NCBI GenBank assembly: GCA_044432975.1
Contig: JAWXUC010000001.1
Location: forward strand, 212,604-276,603
Direction: 5' to 3'
Source of the DNA: Alphaproteobacteria bacterium
GTDB lineage: Bacteria; Pseudomonadota; Alphaproteobacteria; RF32; CAG-239
DNA: 64,000 nucleotides
The position numbers and the translations under genes are program-made. The first letter of the stretch is position 1, and every line of letters begins with the position of its first letter. This document shows, piece after piece, positions 54,607 to 63,382 of this stretch. The notes under the pieces were generated by a model, which saw only the letters and a program-made list of their open reading frames with translations, did no database searches and had not been told where the DNA came from.

Positions 54607-55371
54607 ATGGATATTACAAAGGAATATATGACTATTACAGAGGTTGCGAACCTTTGGGACGTGCCTTTGGAAGATATACGTTATCTCGGCGAAGAGGGAG
54701 AACTTACAATCTGCATTCGCCGTATTCCTATGCGAGTTGCAATAGAAAGCATATTAGAAAAAAGCCCATACTTAAAAAGTCTACCAAAAAAATCCAAAGA
54801 GATTATGAAACTACTTGATGAGCCTCAACCTTTGCACCCAACAGACATCTATTTGCTTTTTGCCAATAAAGATAGAAAAATTAAAATCAATCGCCTTAAA
54901 ACCTTGCCTTTAATGAATATTGTTCATATTAAAACTCCTGATATAGAAGTTGGCTTTGAAGATATGATTATAACTGCAAGCGAAAGAAAGCGTTTTGAAT
55001 TTGAAAGAACAAACAAAATCTTAAAAGAAAGCATTTGCGAGCCTTTAACATTAAAATCAAGTGATTTTACTTGTATTGAATTATATGGCGAAACATTTAG
55101 CTTTGGCGAAAAGCAAGCTATTATTATAAAATATTTATATGATAGATATTATTCTGGCGATCCGTGGGTGCATGGCAAAACCTTATTGGCAAAAGCAAAT
55201 TCTGAAAGTTATAAGTTGGCCAATTTATTTAATAAACATCATTCTTGGCGTAAAGCTATTATTTCAAATGGGCGGGGTTATTATAGAATAAACCTGCCTT
55301 TTGCAGAACCAGCTCCCACAAGGCGTTCTAACATAGATGACACACCCTCCCTTTTTGATAATTTAGATTAA
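54607..55371 (+). CDS. Protein with an N-terminal excisionase/MerR-like HTH and an unknown C-terminal domain
   Basis: The HTH reads MTITEVANLWDVPLEDIRYLGEEGEL. 254 aa, followed by a terminator. Confidence 0.45.
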   Translation: MDITKEYMTITEVANLWDVPLEDIRYLGEEGELTICIRRIPMRVAIESILEKSPYLKSLPKKSKEIMKLLDEPQPLHPTDIYLLFANKDRKIKINRLKTLPLMNIVHIKTPDIEVGFEDMIITASERKRFEFERTNKILKESICEPLTLKSSDFTCIELYGETFSFGEKQAIIIKYLYDRYYSGDPWVHGKTLLAKANSESYKLANLFNKHHSWRKAIISNGRGYYRINLPFAEPAPTRRSNIDDTPSLFDNLD

Positions 55372-55397
55372 GCCTTTTTATAAGGCTTTTTTTATTG
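55370..55397 (+). terminator. Intrinsic terminator
   Basis: It consists of AAGCCTTTTTATAAGGCTT plus a T-run. Confidence 0.5.
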
Positions 55398-55410
55398 CCT
55401 CCATTCCTCC

Positions 55411-55452
55411 GCCTTACCTTGACCTTACCTTATGCGTTTTACGCCTTACCTT
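55411..55452. repeat. Three direct copies of CCTTACCTT in a 42-bp stretch
   Basis: Copies of G/ACCTTACCTT lie at 55411, 55422 and 55443, between the cargo block and the phage module. Confidence 0.5.
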
Positions 55453-55616
55453 AGCCATACCCTAAAAACAACAATTTCAATAAAAATAAAGCATATAAAG
55501 GCTTTGCGGTGGTTTTTATATAGCCATACTCCGACCCGTTAGCCTCCTTACCGACAAGCTAGATATAACAATATATAATAAAATCAAGTTAAAACACATA
55601 AAATGGAGTTGCATAT

Positions 55617-55841
55617 ATGAATATACAAGAAAAATCAACAAGATTAACCGAGCAAGAATTAGTAAATTATTGGAAAATAAGCGTTCATACCTTACGCAAA
55701 TGGCGTTCAACAGGTTATGGACCCATTTATATTAAAGTTGGTGGACGTATATTATATAGGCGAGAAGATGTAGAAGAATTTGAAAAAAATAATCTTTATC
55801 AATCATCATCACAAAAAATCAACCTTAATAAAATGGATTAA
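55617..55841 (+). CDS. AlpA-family phage transcriptional regulator / excisionase-like HTH
   Basis: The sequence LTEQELVNYWKISVHTLRKWRSTGYGPIYIKVGGRILYRREDVEEF fits the AlpA pattern. Confidence 0.6.
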   Translation: MNIQEKSTRLTEQELVNYWKISVHTLRKWRSTGYGPIYIKVGGRILYRREDVEEFEKNNLYQSSSQKINLNKMD

Positions 55842-55843
55842 TT

Positions 55844-56503
55844 ATGAAAGTTTTAATAGACCCAGATTGGGTTCATCTTGCAGAAGATTTATCCACCGAA
55901 GAAAAAGCCGAGCTTTTAATGTGCATTCTTGATTATCCAAATAAAGAATGTAAAACGGGATTATGGCGTTTTATTAAGAAACAGCTTGATAAAGATGCAA
56001 TCAAATATAAAGAAAAAGTTTCTCGTATAAAAGAAGCTGCACAATATCGTTGGCAAGAAAAATCAAATGCGAACTTGGATATGAAATCAGATACGATATT
56101 GAATGCGAAATCGGATACGAAATCGCAGGCATATACAGATTCAATTACAGATTCAATTACAGATTCAAGTTCAATTACAATTACAAATACAAAAAAAGAA
56201 AAAGATAAAAAAGAAAATGATAATGTTATGTCTATAAAATCAATGATTAGTCAATTTTCAAAAGAACACCGCTTTGACAATGAAAGTAAGTTTGAAATTA
56301 CTTATGATTTTTCTTTTGGCAAAATGATGGAAAGAAACTCCTCATATATCCCTTATTTCTCGCCATATCTTCCAGAGGTTTTAATAAAAGGCGAAAGGTC
56401 TCTTATCAAAAAGAGATATGGGCAAAAATTAACCATGAAACAACTTATAAGTTGGCTTGATCAATCAAATGAATTTCATAAACAAGACACAGGGGGAGAA
56501 TAA
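55844..56503 (+). CDS. Hypothetical phage protein with an internal DSIT repeat
   Basis: 219 aa. Its DNA contains short tandem ACAGATTCAATT repeats. Confidence 0.4.
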   Translation: MKVLIDPDWVHLAEDLSTEEKAELLMCILDYPNKECKTGLWRFIKKQLDKDAIKYKEKVSRIKEAAQYRWQEKSNANLDMKSDTILNAKSDTKSQAYTDSITDSITDSSSITITNTKKEKDKKENDNVMSIKSMISQFSKEHRFDNESKFEITYDFSFGKMMERNSSYIPYFSPYLPEVLIKGERSLIKKRYGQKLTMKQLISWLDQSNEFHKQDTGGE

Positions 56504-56895
56504 TGAGTTATAAAAAACAGGTTTGGGATTATGAAGAAGTTGAAGAATATTTGCAGATTGCAGCAAAGGTTGATAAATCCTTACCCAAAGTGGTATCAAA
56601 AGGATATGGGACATCTTCATTTGTATATATCAGAACCGAAGCAGAATTATTTTGGAACGATAAAGAACCAGCTCGCTTTAAACCAACAGGAGAACAAGTA
56701 TCTATTTGGGAAGATGTTGTTTTGCGTTGGTTTAGTTTTATTGAAGCTGGCGAAGATAAGAAAATTGTGTGGTTACGCTCTTGTGGTATGGGTTGGTCAA
56801 GGCTTGGAAAAAAGTTCTCTCTAACACGGCAGACTGTTGCGACACGCTATAAAAAAGCAATAAAAGATATAGTTTTTCAATTAAATAAAGATTAA
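56503..56895 (+). CDS. Hypothetical phage protein with a C-terminal sigma-region-4-like HTH
   Basis: The sequence GWSRLGKKFSLTRQTVATRYKKAIKDIV suggests the HTH. It overlaps the upstream gene by 1 nt. Confidence 0.4.
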   Translation: MSYKKQVWDYEEVEEYLQIAAKVDKSLPKVVSKGYGTSSFVYIRTEAELFWNDKEPARFKPTGEQVSIWEDVVLRWFSFIEAGEDKKIVWLRSCGMGWSRLGKKFSLTRQTVATRYKKAIKDIVFQLNKD

Positions 56896-57053
56896 AAGAG
56901 ACAATGACATACAAAGAATAGTATTTGAAAGGCAAGTAAATACAAATAATTATAAAAGTGTTAAAAATTTTTAACTTAACATTTTTACAAAAATAGTTTA
57001 CATTTTTAGATATAATTGGAAATCGTTATATAAAAACACCAAACGGAACAATC

Positions 57054-57617
57054 ATGGCAATCATAAATATTTCATTAGACAAGGGCAATACAGCCCTTTT
57101 TTTTAATTCTACTCAAAGCAATATCAAGTTTGCCGTTGCCAAAAGTCTTACTAACACAGCCCAAGCAATTCAAAAAGATGTGCAAGAGCATATTCACAAT
57201 ACTTTTGTTATCAGAAAAAAAGCTGGAGGCTTTGAGCGTTCTATCAGAATAAAGCCCGCCACAAAACAAGCCTTGCAAGCAGAAGTCTATACGATGGCTG
57301 GCTTTGCCTCATTACAGCAAACAGGTGGTATTAGCAAGCCAAAGAGTGGACGCTTGGCAATCCCTCTTTACAATAACCTAAATGAAGTTAAGACCAAAGC
57401 AAAAGCAAACAAAGATATTAAAAACTCTTTTTTAGTTAAGTTCAAAAGCGGTGGATATGGTTTAGCAACACGCAAAGGAAAAGAAATGAAAATATTATTT
57501 GCATTAAGAAGCCAAGCTTATGTACCAAAGCGTTTGAATATGCTTGAAATCGGCGAGCAAACGGCACACAGGGTATTTGAGCAAATCTTCAATAAAAATA
57601 TCGCAGAAATAATTTAG
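57054..57617 (+). CDS. Hypothetical phage protein
   Basis: 187 aa. A terminator-like hairpin ACGAGG...CCTCGT plus a T-run follows. Confidence 0.4.
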   Translation: MAIINISLDKGNTALFFNSTQSNIKFAVAKSLTNTAQAIQKDVQEHIHNTFVIRKKAGGFERSIRIKPATKQALQAEVYTMAGFASLQQTGGISKPKSGRLAIPLYNNLNEVKTKAKANKDIKNSFLVKFKSGGYGLATRKGKEMKILFALRSQAYVPKRLNMLEIGEQTAHRVFEQIFNKNIAEII

Positions 57618-57686
57618 GTACTTTTGACACTTTTTTTTACGAGGGTAAAGGCGACCCCGCCACCTCGTTACACAGACAATTTTTTT

Positions 57687-57797
57687 TTGGGTTGCCACTT
57701 TGCAATCCTCAACGCCACAGAAACATTGACTTTTTACTGGCAACCCAAAATTTTGGGTTGCCATTTTAACATTTGGGTTGCCACTTTGGGTTGCCAC
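57687..57797. repeat. Iteron cluster: four direct copies and one inverted copy of TGGGTTGCCA
   Basis: Direct copies lie at 57688, 57754, 57774 and 57787. The inverted copy TGGCAACCCA lies at 57738. The cluster is immediately upstream of the ParB-methylase and terminase genes. Confidence 0.6.
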
Positions 57798-57820
57798 CTT
57801 AAAACGAAAGGAAAAACAAT

Positions 57821-59170
57821 ATGGATTTTAACATTATACTTCCCCCTGGAATACCAACATGGAAAATTGAGGATTTAGTCCCTTATGACAACAATCCCCG
57901 CACGCATAGTGAAGAGCAAATAAACCAGCTTGTTGCTAGCATTATTGAGTTTGGTTTTACTAATCCAATCTTGGTTGATAAAGAAAGCCGAGAAATTATC
58001 GCAGGTCATGGACGCTTAACCGCTGGTCGCCGTTTAGGAATGCCAAAAATTCCTGTTGTTGCTTTATCTCATTTAGATGAAACAAAACGCCGAAAACTTG
58101 TGATTGCCGACAATCAACTTGCCTTAAACGCTGGCTGGGATATGGATTTATTAGCCACAGAGCTTTCTGCGTTAAATGAAATGGGCGAAGATTTAGACGT
58201 TTTAGGCTTTGATGACAGTTTTCTTGACGATGTCTTAAAAGCAACTTTGGAGGAAGAAACAGGCGATAATTTAAAAAAAGAGTTTGGTTCTTTAGTAGAG
58301 CGTTTTGGCGTGCCACCATTTAGCATTTTAGAAGTTCGCAAAGGTTATTGGCAAAAAAGAAAAAATGCTTGGAAATCTATTATCGCCGAATACGGAGAAA
58401 GCCGTGAGGGAACTTTATTTTCTCCCGATACTTTTATTGCCGAAATGGGAACAGTTAGCTTGCTTGACCCTGTTTTGTGCGAAGTTTCTTTTAATTGGTT
58501 TGGCTTAGGTGCTGGCACAAAATGTGTTGACCCGTTTTGCGGTGATACAATGTTTGCTCATGTATGCTCGGCAAAAGGTGGAAGCTTTACAGGGATTGAA
58601 ATTCGTCCCGATCAAGTAGAGCTTAATAATCAGAAAAAAGAAGAATACAACCTAAATGCAAATTTTATTTGTGATGACGGAATAAATGTTTTGCAACACG
58701 TTGAAGAAAACAGCCAAGACCTTTTGTTTAGCTGTCCGCCTTATTTTGATTTAGAAGTATATAGCGATTTAGAAAAAGACGCAAGCAACCAAAAGGAATA
58801 TGATGATTTTATCAAAATTATTGATAAAGCCTTTGGGGACGCTATCAAAACCTTAAAAGATAATCGCTTTGCCACAATTGTCGTTAGCAATATCAGAAAC
58901 AAGAAAACAGGCTGTTATCGCAATTTCGTTGATGATGTTATTCGTATATTTCAAAAAAATGGAATGCACTTTTATAATGACATTATTCTAGTTGATTCTT
59001 TGGGTTCTGCCCCAAGAAGAGCTGCACATAATATGAAAAACAGAAAGGTTGTAAAAGTCCACCAAAATGTTTTAATTTTTTATAAAGGCAATCCACAAAA
59101 AATCAAAGAAGAGTTCACATCTGAGGTCTTTGTAGATAATTTTGCTGTGGAGGATAAAAACGAGGAATAG
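57821..59170 (+). CDS. ParB-like nuclease domain / DNA methyltransferase fusion protein
   Basis: The N-terminal ParB/Srx region reads PYDNNPRTHSEEQINQLVASIIEFGFTNPILVD...AGHGRL. The C-terminal amino-methyltransferase region carries LFSCPPYFD (motif IV) and VDPFCGDTMFA (motif I-like). Confidence 0.8.
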   Translation: MDFNIILPPGIPTWKIEDLVPYDNNPRTHSEEQINQLVASIIEFGFTNPILVDKESREIIAGHGRLTAGRRLGMPKIPVVALSHLDETKRRKLVIADNQLALNAGWDMDLLATELSALNEMGEDLDVLGFDDSFLDDVLKATLEEETGDNLKKEFGSLVERFGVPPFSILEVRKGYWQKRKNAWKSIIAEYGESREGTLFSPDTFIAEMGTVSLLDPVLCEVSFNWFGLGAGTKCVDPFCGDTMFAHVCSAKGGSFTGIEIRPDQVELNNQKKEEYNLNANFICDDGINVLQHVEENSQDLLFSCPPYFDLEVYSDLEKDASNQKEYDDFIKIIDKAFGDAIKTLKDNRFATIVVSNIRNKKTGCYRNFVDDVIRIFQKNGMHFYNDIILVDSLGSAPRRAAHNMKNRKVVKVHQNVLIFYKGNPQKIKEEFTSEVFVDNFAVEDKNEE

Positions 59171-59173
59171 AAA

Positions 59174-59689
59174 ATGGCAAAAAAGAAAAAAGGTGTGAGT
59201 ATTCGCTCTTATGCAGAACATAGGGGCGTTTCTCATTCTGCCATTCAAAAAGCCATTGAAACAGGACGCATAAAAACATTATCGGACGGCTCTATTGATA
59301 CAATCCAAGCCGATAAAGATTGGGAGGAAAACACTAATTTTGCAAAATCACGCTCAAGCTTTAAGCCAAATGCTTTTGCGGACGCACAAATATTAAAAAT
59401 GAAAGCTGAGGCAACTCTTGCTCAAATTAAAGTAAAAAAAGAAGTTGGTGCGGTGGTGCCAATAGATGATGTTGTTATTTTCCTGCGTGTTCTAACTTCT
59501 GATTTATCTAGTTATTTTTTGTCGCTGGGGCGTAATATTGCCCCCAAAATGGTTGGCGAAAAGGATATTGGTAAAATTACTCGCACTATTGATGATGAAA
59601 TAAAACACCTTATAAAAGAGTATAAAAATGACATTGAAAACAGATTATCAACGGCAACAGCGAAAATTATGGATAGCGAAGATTATTAA
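59174..59689 (+). CDS. Phage terminase small subunit-like HTH protein
   Basis: Its N-terminus KKGVSIRSYAEHRGVSHSAIQKAIETGRI is HTH-like. It lies immediately upstream of the large terminase. Confidence 0.55.
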   Translation: MAKKKKGVSIRSYAEHRGVSHSAIQKAIETGRIKTLSDGSIDTIQADKDWEENTNFAKSRSSFKPNAFADAQILKMKAEATLAQIKVKKEVGAVVPIDDVVIFLRVLTSDLSSYFLSLGRNIAPKMVGEKDIGKITRTIDDEIKHLIKEYKNDIENRLSTATAKIMDSEDY

Positions 59690-61544
59690 GCAAGGTATTC
59701 TTCCTGCATGGCGTGTTGATTTTAATTTATCGGTTAGCGAATGGGCAGATAAATACAGAGTGCTTTCACGGGCAACTTCGGGAGAACCTGGACGATGGAA
59801 AACAAGCAGAACCCCTTATTTGAAAGAGATTATGGATTGTTTATCTCCCTCGCATAGTGCAAAAAAAGTTGTGTTCTTAAAAGGAGCTCAAATCGGAGGC
59901 ACAGAGGCAGGACTTAATTGGCTTGGCTACATAATCCACTATATGCCCGCACCAACACTTTATGTGAACCCGAATATTGAACTTTCAAAAAGAAACTCAA
60001 AAATGCGTATTGCCCCAATGATTGAGGCGACAAAAGTATTAAGCAAATGTATAACGCCTGTCAAATCAAGAGATAGTGGCAATACAATCTTAATGAAAGA
60101 GTTTAAGGGAGGTGTTTTAATTATGACAGGTGCAAACTCTCCTGCGGGGCTTCGCTCAATGCCTGTTAAATATTTGTTTTTAGATGAAGTTGACGGCTTT
60201 CCCGAAGAGGCAGGAATTGAGGGAGACCCTGTTGATTTGGCAGTTCAAAGAACAGCAACCTTTAATAATAAAAAAATCTTTATGATTTCAACTCCAACCA
60301 TTAAGGGTTCTAGCCGTATTGAACAAGCTTTTTTAGAGGGCGACCAAAGACATTATCATGTGCCTTGCCCAAAGTGTGGACATTATCAAGTATTGCATTG
60401 GAAAAATGTTGTTTTTGATTCAAAAGATTTTAAGGAGGCACATTACAAGTGTGAAAGTTGTGGCGAATTATGGGCAGACTGGCAAAAACAAGAGATTTTG
60501 AAAAAAGGACATTGGATAGCAAAAAAGCCTTTTAACACAGAAGTTGCCTCTTTTCACTTATCTTCTTTGTATAGTCCTCATGGTTGGGCTTCGTGGACAG
60601 ATATTGCAAGAGAGTTCTTAAATGTTAAAGACGACCCAACTAGGTTGCAAGTGTGGACAAATACAAAGTTAGCTGAATCTTGGGAAGATATGGCAGGCGA
60701 AAAAGTTGATCCTTATAACTTAATGAATCGCCGAGAAGAATATGGCAAATTATTGCCTGCTGGCGTTGTTATCATAACTTGTGGCGTTGACGTTCAAGAC
60801 AACCGTTTAGAGCTTGAAATTGTTGGCTGGGGACGTGGAGAAGAAAGCTGGTCTATTGATTATCATATTTTATATGGCGACCCATCTAGTCCCGAATTAT
60901 GGGCAGAACTAGATAAAATCTTATCAAGAAAATATGCTCATTCAAAGGCTGTGCCTGATATACCTATATCGGCAACGTGTATTGATAGCGGTGGACACTA
61001 TACCGATTATGTTATCAATTATTGCTATGCAAGACGACAACATGGTATTTGGGCAATAAAAGGACAAGGTGGAAATGGCAAACCAATATGGCCTGCGTCT
61101 GCCTCAAAGAGCTTTAATACAAGAAAGCCCGTTTATATGGTGGGTGTTAATGACGCAAAAGAAACGCTTATGCGAAGACTTCATATTGAAAAAATCGGCG
61201 TTGGTTATTGGCACTTTCCTAAAGACAGGGAACTTGAATGGTTTGAACAATTAACAAATGAAGTTGTAAGAAAGAAATTTTCAAAAGGTCGTTTAATAAG
61301 AGAATGGCAACCCCGCAAAGAGGGTGTAAGAACGGAGGCGTTGGACTGTCGTGTTTATGCTTATGCGGGTTTGCGTGGTTTAATTAGAAATTACCGATTG
61401 AATATTGAGAATGGGGCAGACAGGCTAGAAAACACAAATTTTAAGGAAAACGTAAACAAAAAGGTTTCAGAGCCAGATACTGCCCCGCCTGTCAATGATA
61501 CGCCTATCAAAACAAGAAAAATTAGAAGTAAAGGAATTTTATAA
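59628..61544 (+). CDS. Phage terminase large subunit, GpA family
   Basis: It has the Walker A-like LKGAQIGGTEAG, the Walker B LFLDEVDGF, the GpA zinc finger CPKCGHYQ...CESCG and a C-terminal nuclease region. Confidence 0.85.
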   Translation: MTLKTDYQRQQRKLWIAKIIKQGILPAWRVDFNLSVSEWADKYRVLSRATSGEPGRWKTSRTPYLKEIMDCLSPSHSAKKVVFLKGAQIGGTEAGLNWLGYIIHYMPAPTLYVNPNIELSKRNSKMRIAPMIEATKVLSKCITPVKSRDSGNTILMKEFKGGVLIMTGANSPAGLRSMPVKYLFLDEVDGFPEEAGIEGDPVDLAVQRTATFNNKKIFMISTPTIKGSSRIEQAFLEGDQRHYHVPCPKCGHYQVLHWKNVVFDSKDFKEAHYKCESCGELWADWQKQEILKKGHWIAKKPFNTEVASFHLSSLYSPHGWASWTDIAREFLNVKDDPTRLQVWTNTKLAESWEDMAGEKVDPYNLMNRREEYGKLLPAGVVIITCGVDVQDNRLELEIVGWGRGEESWSIDYHILYGDPSSPELWAELDKILSRKYAHSKAVPDIPISATCIDSGGHYTDYVINYCYARRQHGIWAIKGQGGNGKPIWPASASKSFNTRKPVYMVGVNDAKETLMRRLHIEKIGVGYWHFPKDRELEWFEQLTNEVVRKKFSKGRLIREWQPRKEGVRTEALDCRVYAYAGLRGLIRNYRLNIENGADRLENTNFKENVNKKVSEPDTAPPVNDTPIKTRKIRSKGIL

Positions 61545-61753
61545 TGGCAATAAAAACATATACCGAGCAACTAGAAGAAGTGCAACAAGCAATAACCGAT
61601 GTCTTAACAAATGCCCAAGAGGCAAGCTATAATGGGCAAAAAGTTAAAAAAGCCGATTTAGATATGTTGCAAGCCCGAGAGGAATGGTTGCAAAATAAAC
61701 TACTTTCTCAAAAAAGAGGAGGAATAAGAGTAAGAGGAGCAACGCCTCTTTAA
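61544..61753 (+). CDS. gpW-like head-tail joining protein
   Basis: A 69-aa protein between terL and portal. Its sequence and size resemble lambda gpW. Confidence 0.5.
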   Translation: MAIKTYTEQLEEVQQAITDVLTNAQEASYNGQKVKKADLDMLQAREEWLQNKLLSQKRGGIRVRGATPL

Positions 61754-61816
61754 TTACTTAACAATATCTAGCAAGACCGCAGAAATGCGGTCTTTTTTAT
61801 ATGCAAAAGGTAAAAA

Positions 61817-63382
61817 ATGAAAAAACAAGCAATAAAATCAAATCTTATTGATAGAGCAATATCTTATGTCAACCCAATTAAAGGCTTGCAAAGAATGGAA
61901 GCTCGCACTCGTATGGCGGTTTATGGCGGTTATATCGGAGCAAAACGAGATAGACGGCAAACAACTAATTGGCACACTTTAATGGGTTCTGCTGATAATG
62001 CGAGCATTTATGACTTGCCTATTTTACGAGATAGATCAAGAGATTTATTAAGAAATGCCCCACTTGCCTGCGGGGCGGTTCATACTGTTATCACAAATGT
62101 TATTGGCACGGGACTAAAACCTCAATCTCATATTGATAGAGAAATATTAAAGCCTTACTTGAAAACAGAAGAGGCAATGGAAAAATTTGAGCGTGACGCA
62201 GAGCGTATTTTCAAGCTTTGGTCAGAAAATAAAGATTGCGATATTACAAGAAGTCAAAGCTTTACTCAAATGCAAGCGTTGGTCTTGCGTTCTTGCCTTG
62301 AAAGTGGAGATGTTTTTATTGTTAGAAGATTTAAGCAATACAAAGAAAATCCCTTTGAAACAACTTTGCAAGTTATTGAGGCCGATAGAGTTGATAATCC
62401 TAACAGAATAAAAGCAGATAATATTATTGCTGGCGTTGAGTTAAATGATGATGGTTCGCCTGCATATTATCATATTTATGATAAAAACCCTAATGATTTA
62501 GAGGACGGCGTGGCAACTGCTCATAAAGTGCCTGTTTTTGATAGCAACGGCAGACGACAAGTTTTGCATATTTTTTCAAGAACTCGCCCCGACTTAACAC
62601 GAGGTATTCCTTATCTTGCCCCTGTTATTGAAAGCTTAAAACAACTTGATAGGTATAGCGAGGCAGAAATTATGGCTGCGGTTATTTCAAGTATGTTCAC
62701 AGTTTTTGTAAAAACAGAAAGCGAGGAAGGTCTTGCCCCCATGTCGCCTTTGCCCGAAGCTCATAGCAATAAGCCCTCAAGGGGTGGTGATTATCAAATG
62801 TCGTCTGGGGCAATTTTAGATTTAGCACCCAATGAATCAATAGAAATTGCCGACCCTAAACGCCCCAATCAAGCTTTTGATGGCTTTGTTCAATCTGTAT
62901 TAAGGCAAATTGGCGTGGCTTTGGAAATACCTTTTGAAATCTTAATCAAGCATTTTACAGCCTCTTATAGTGCAGCACAGGCTGCACTTGTTGAAGCATG
63001 GAAAGCTTTTTCAACTCGCCGAAAATGGATTGCAAGTGATTTTTGCCAACCCGTTTATGAAATGGTTATCACAGAGGCTATTGCCAAAGGGATATTACAC
63101 GCACCTGCGTTTTTCTCTAGCCCCTTTATTCGCTCGGCTTATTTAGGGACAGAATGGATTGGACCCCCACGAGGACAAATAGACCAGCTTAAAGAAATAA
63201 AAGCAGCCCAACAACGAGTTGACTTAGGCGTTTCAACACTAGCCGAAGAAACAGCTATCATTACAGGCGGAGATTGGGAAGTAAAACACAAGCAAAGAGC
63301 CAAAGAGCAACGCTTGAGAGTAGAAGTTGGACTTCAAAGCATAATTGACAACACAACAAACGAGGAAACAGAAGATGAATGA
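61817..63382 (+). CDS. Phage portal protein (lambda gpB family)
   Basis: 521 aa in the terL-gpW-portal-protease order typical of lambda-like head modules. Confidence 0.75.
   Translation: MKKQAIKSNLIDRAISYVNPIKGLQRMEARTRMAVYGGYIGAKRDRRQTTNWHTLMGSADNASIYDLPILRDRSRDLLRNAPLACGAVHTVITNVIGTGLKPQSHIDREILKPYLKTEEAMEKFERDAERIFKLWSENKDCDITRSQSFTQMQALVLRSCLESGDVFIVRRFKQYKENPFETTLQVIEADRVDNPNRIKADNIIAGVELNDDGSPAYYHIYDKNPNDLEDGVATAHKVPVFDSNGRRQVLHIFSRTRPDLTRGIPYLAPVIESLKQLDRYSEAEIMAAVISSMFTVFVKTESEEGLAPMSPLPEAHSNKPSRGGDYQMSSGAILDLAPNESIEIADPKRPNQAFDGFVQSVLRQIGVALEIPFEILIKHFTASYSAAQAALVEAWKAFSTRRKWIASDFCQPVYEMVITEAIAKGILHAPAFFSSPFIRSAYLGTEWIGPPRGQIDQLKEIKAAQQRVDLGVSTLAEETAIITGGDWEVKHKQRAKEQRLRVEVGLQSIIDNTTNEETEDE

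Noticed and set aside
56990-57020. A sigma-70 promoter (TTTACA ... TATAAT) upstream of 57054
   Set aside because: The hexamers are present, but the spacing is 8 nt or 21 nt depending on the -35 chosen, and neither is compatible. The region is simply AT-rich, so there is no confident promoter call.
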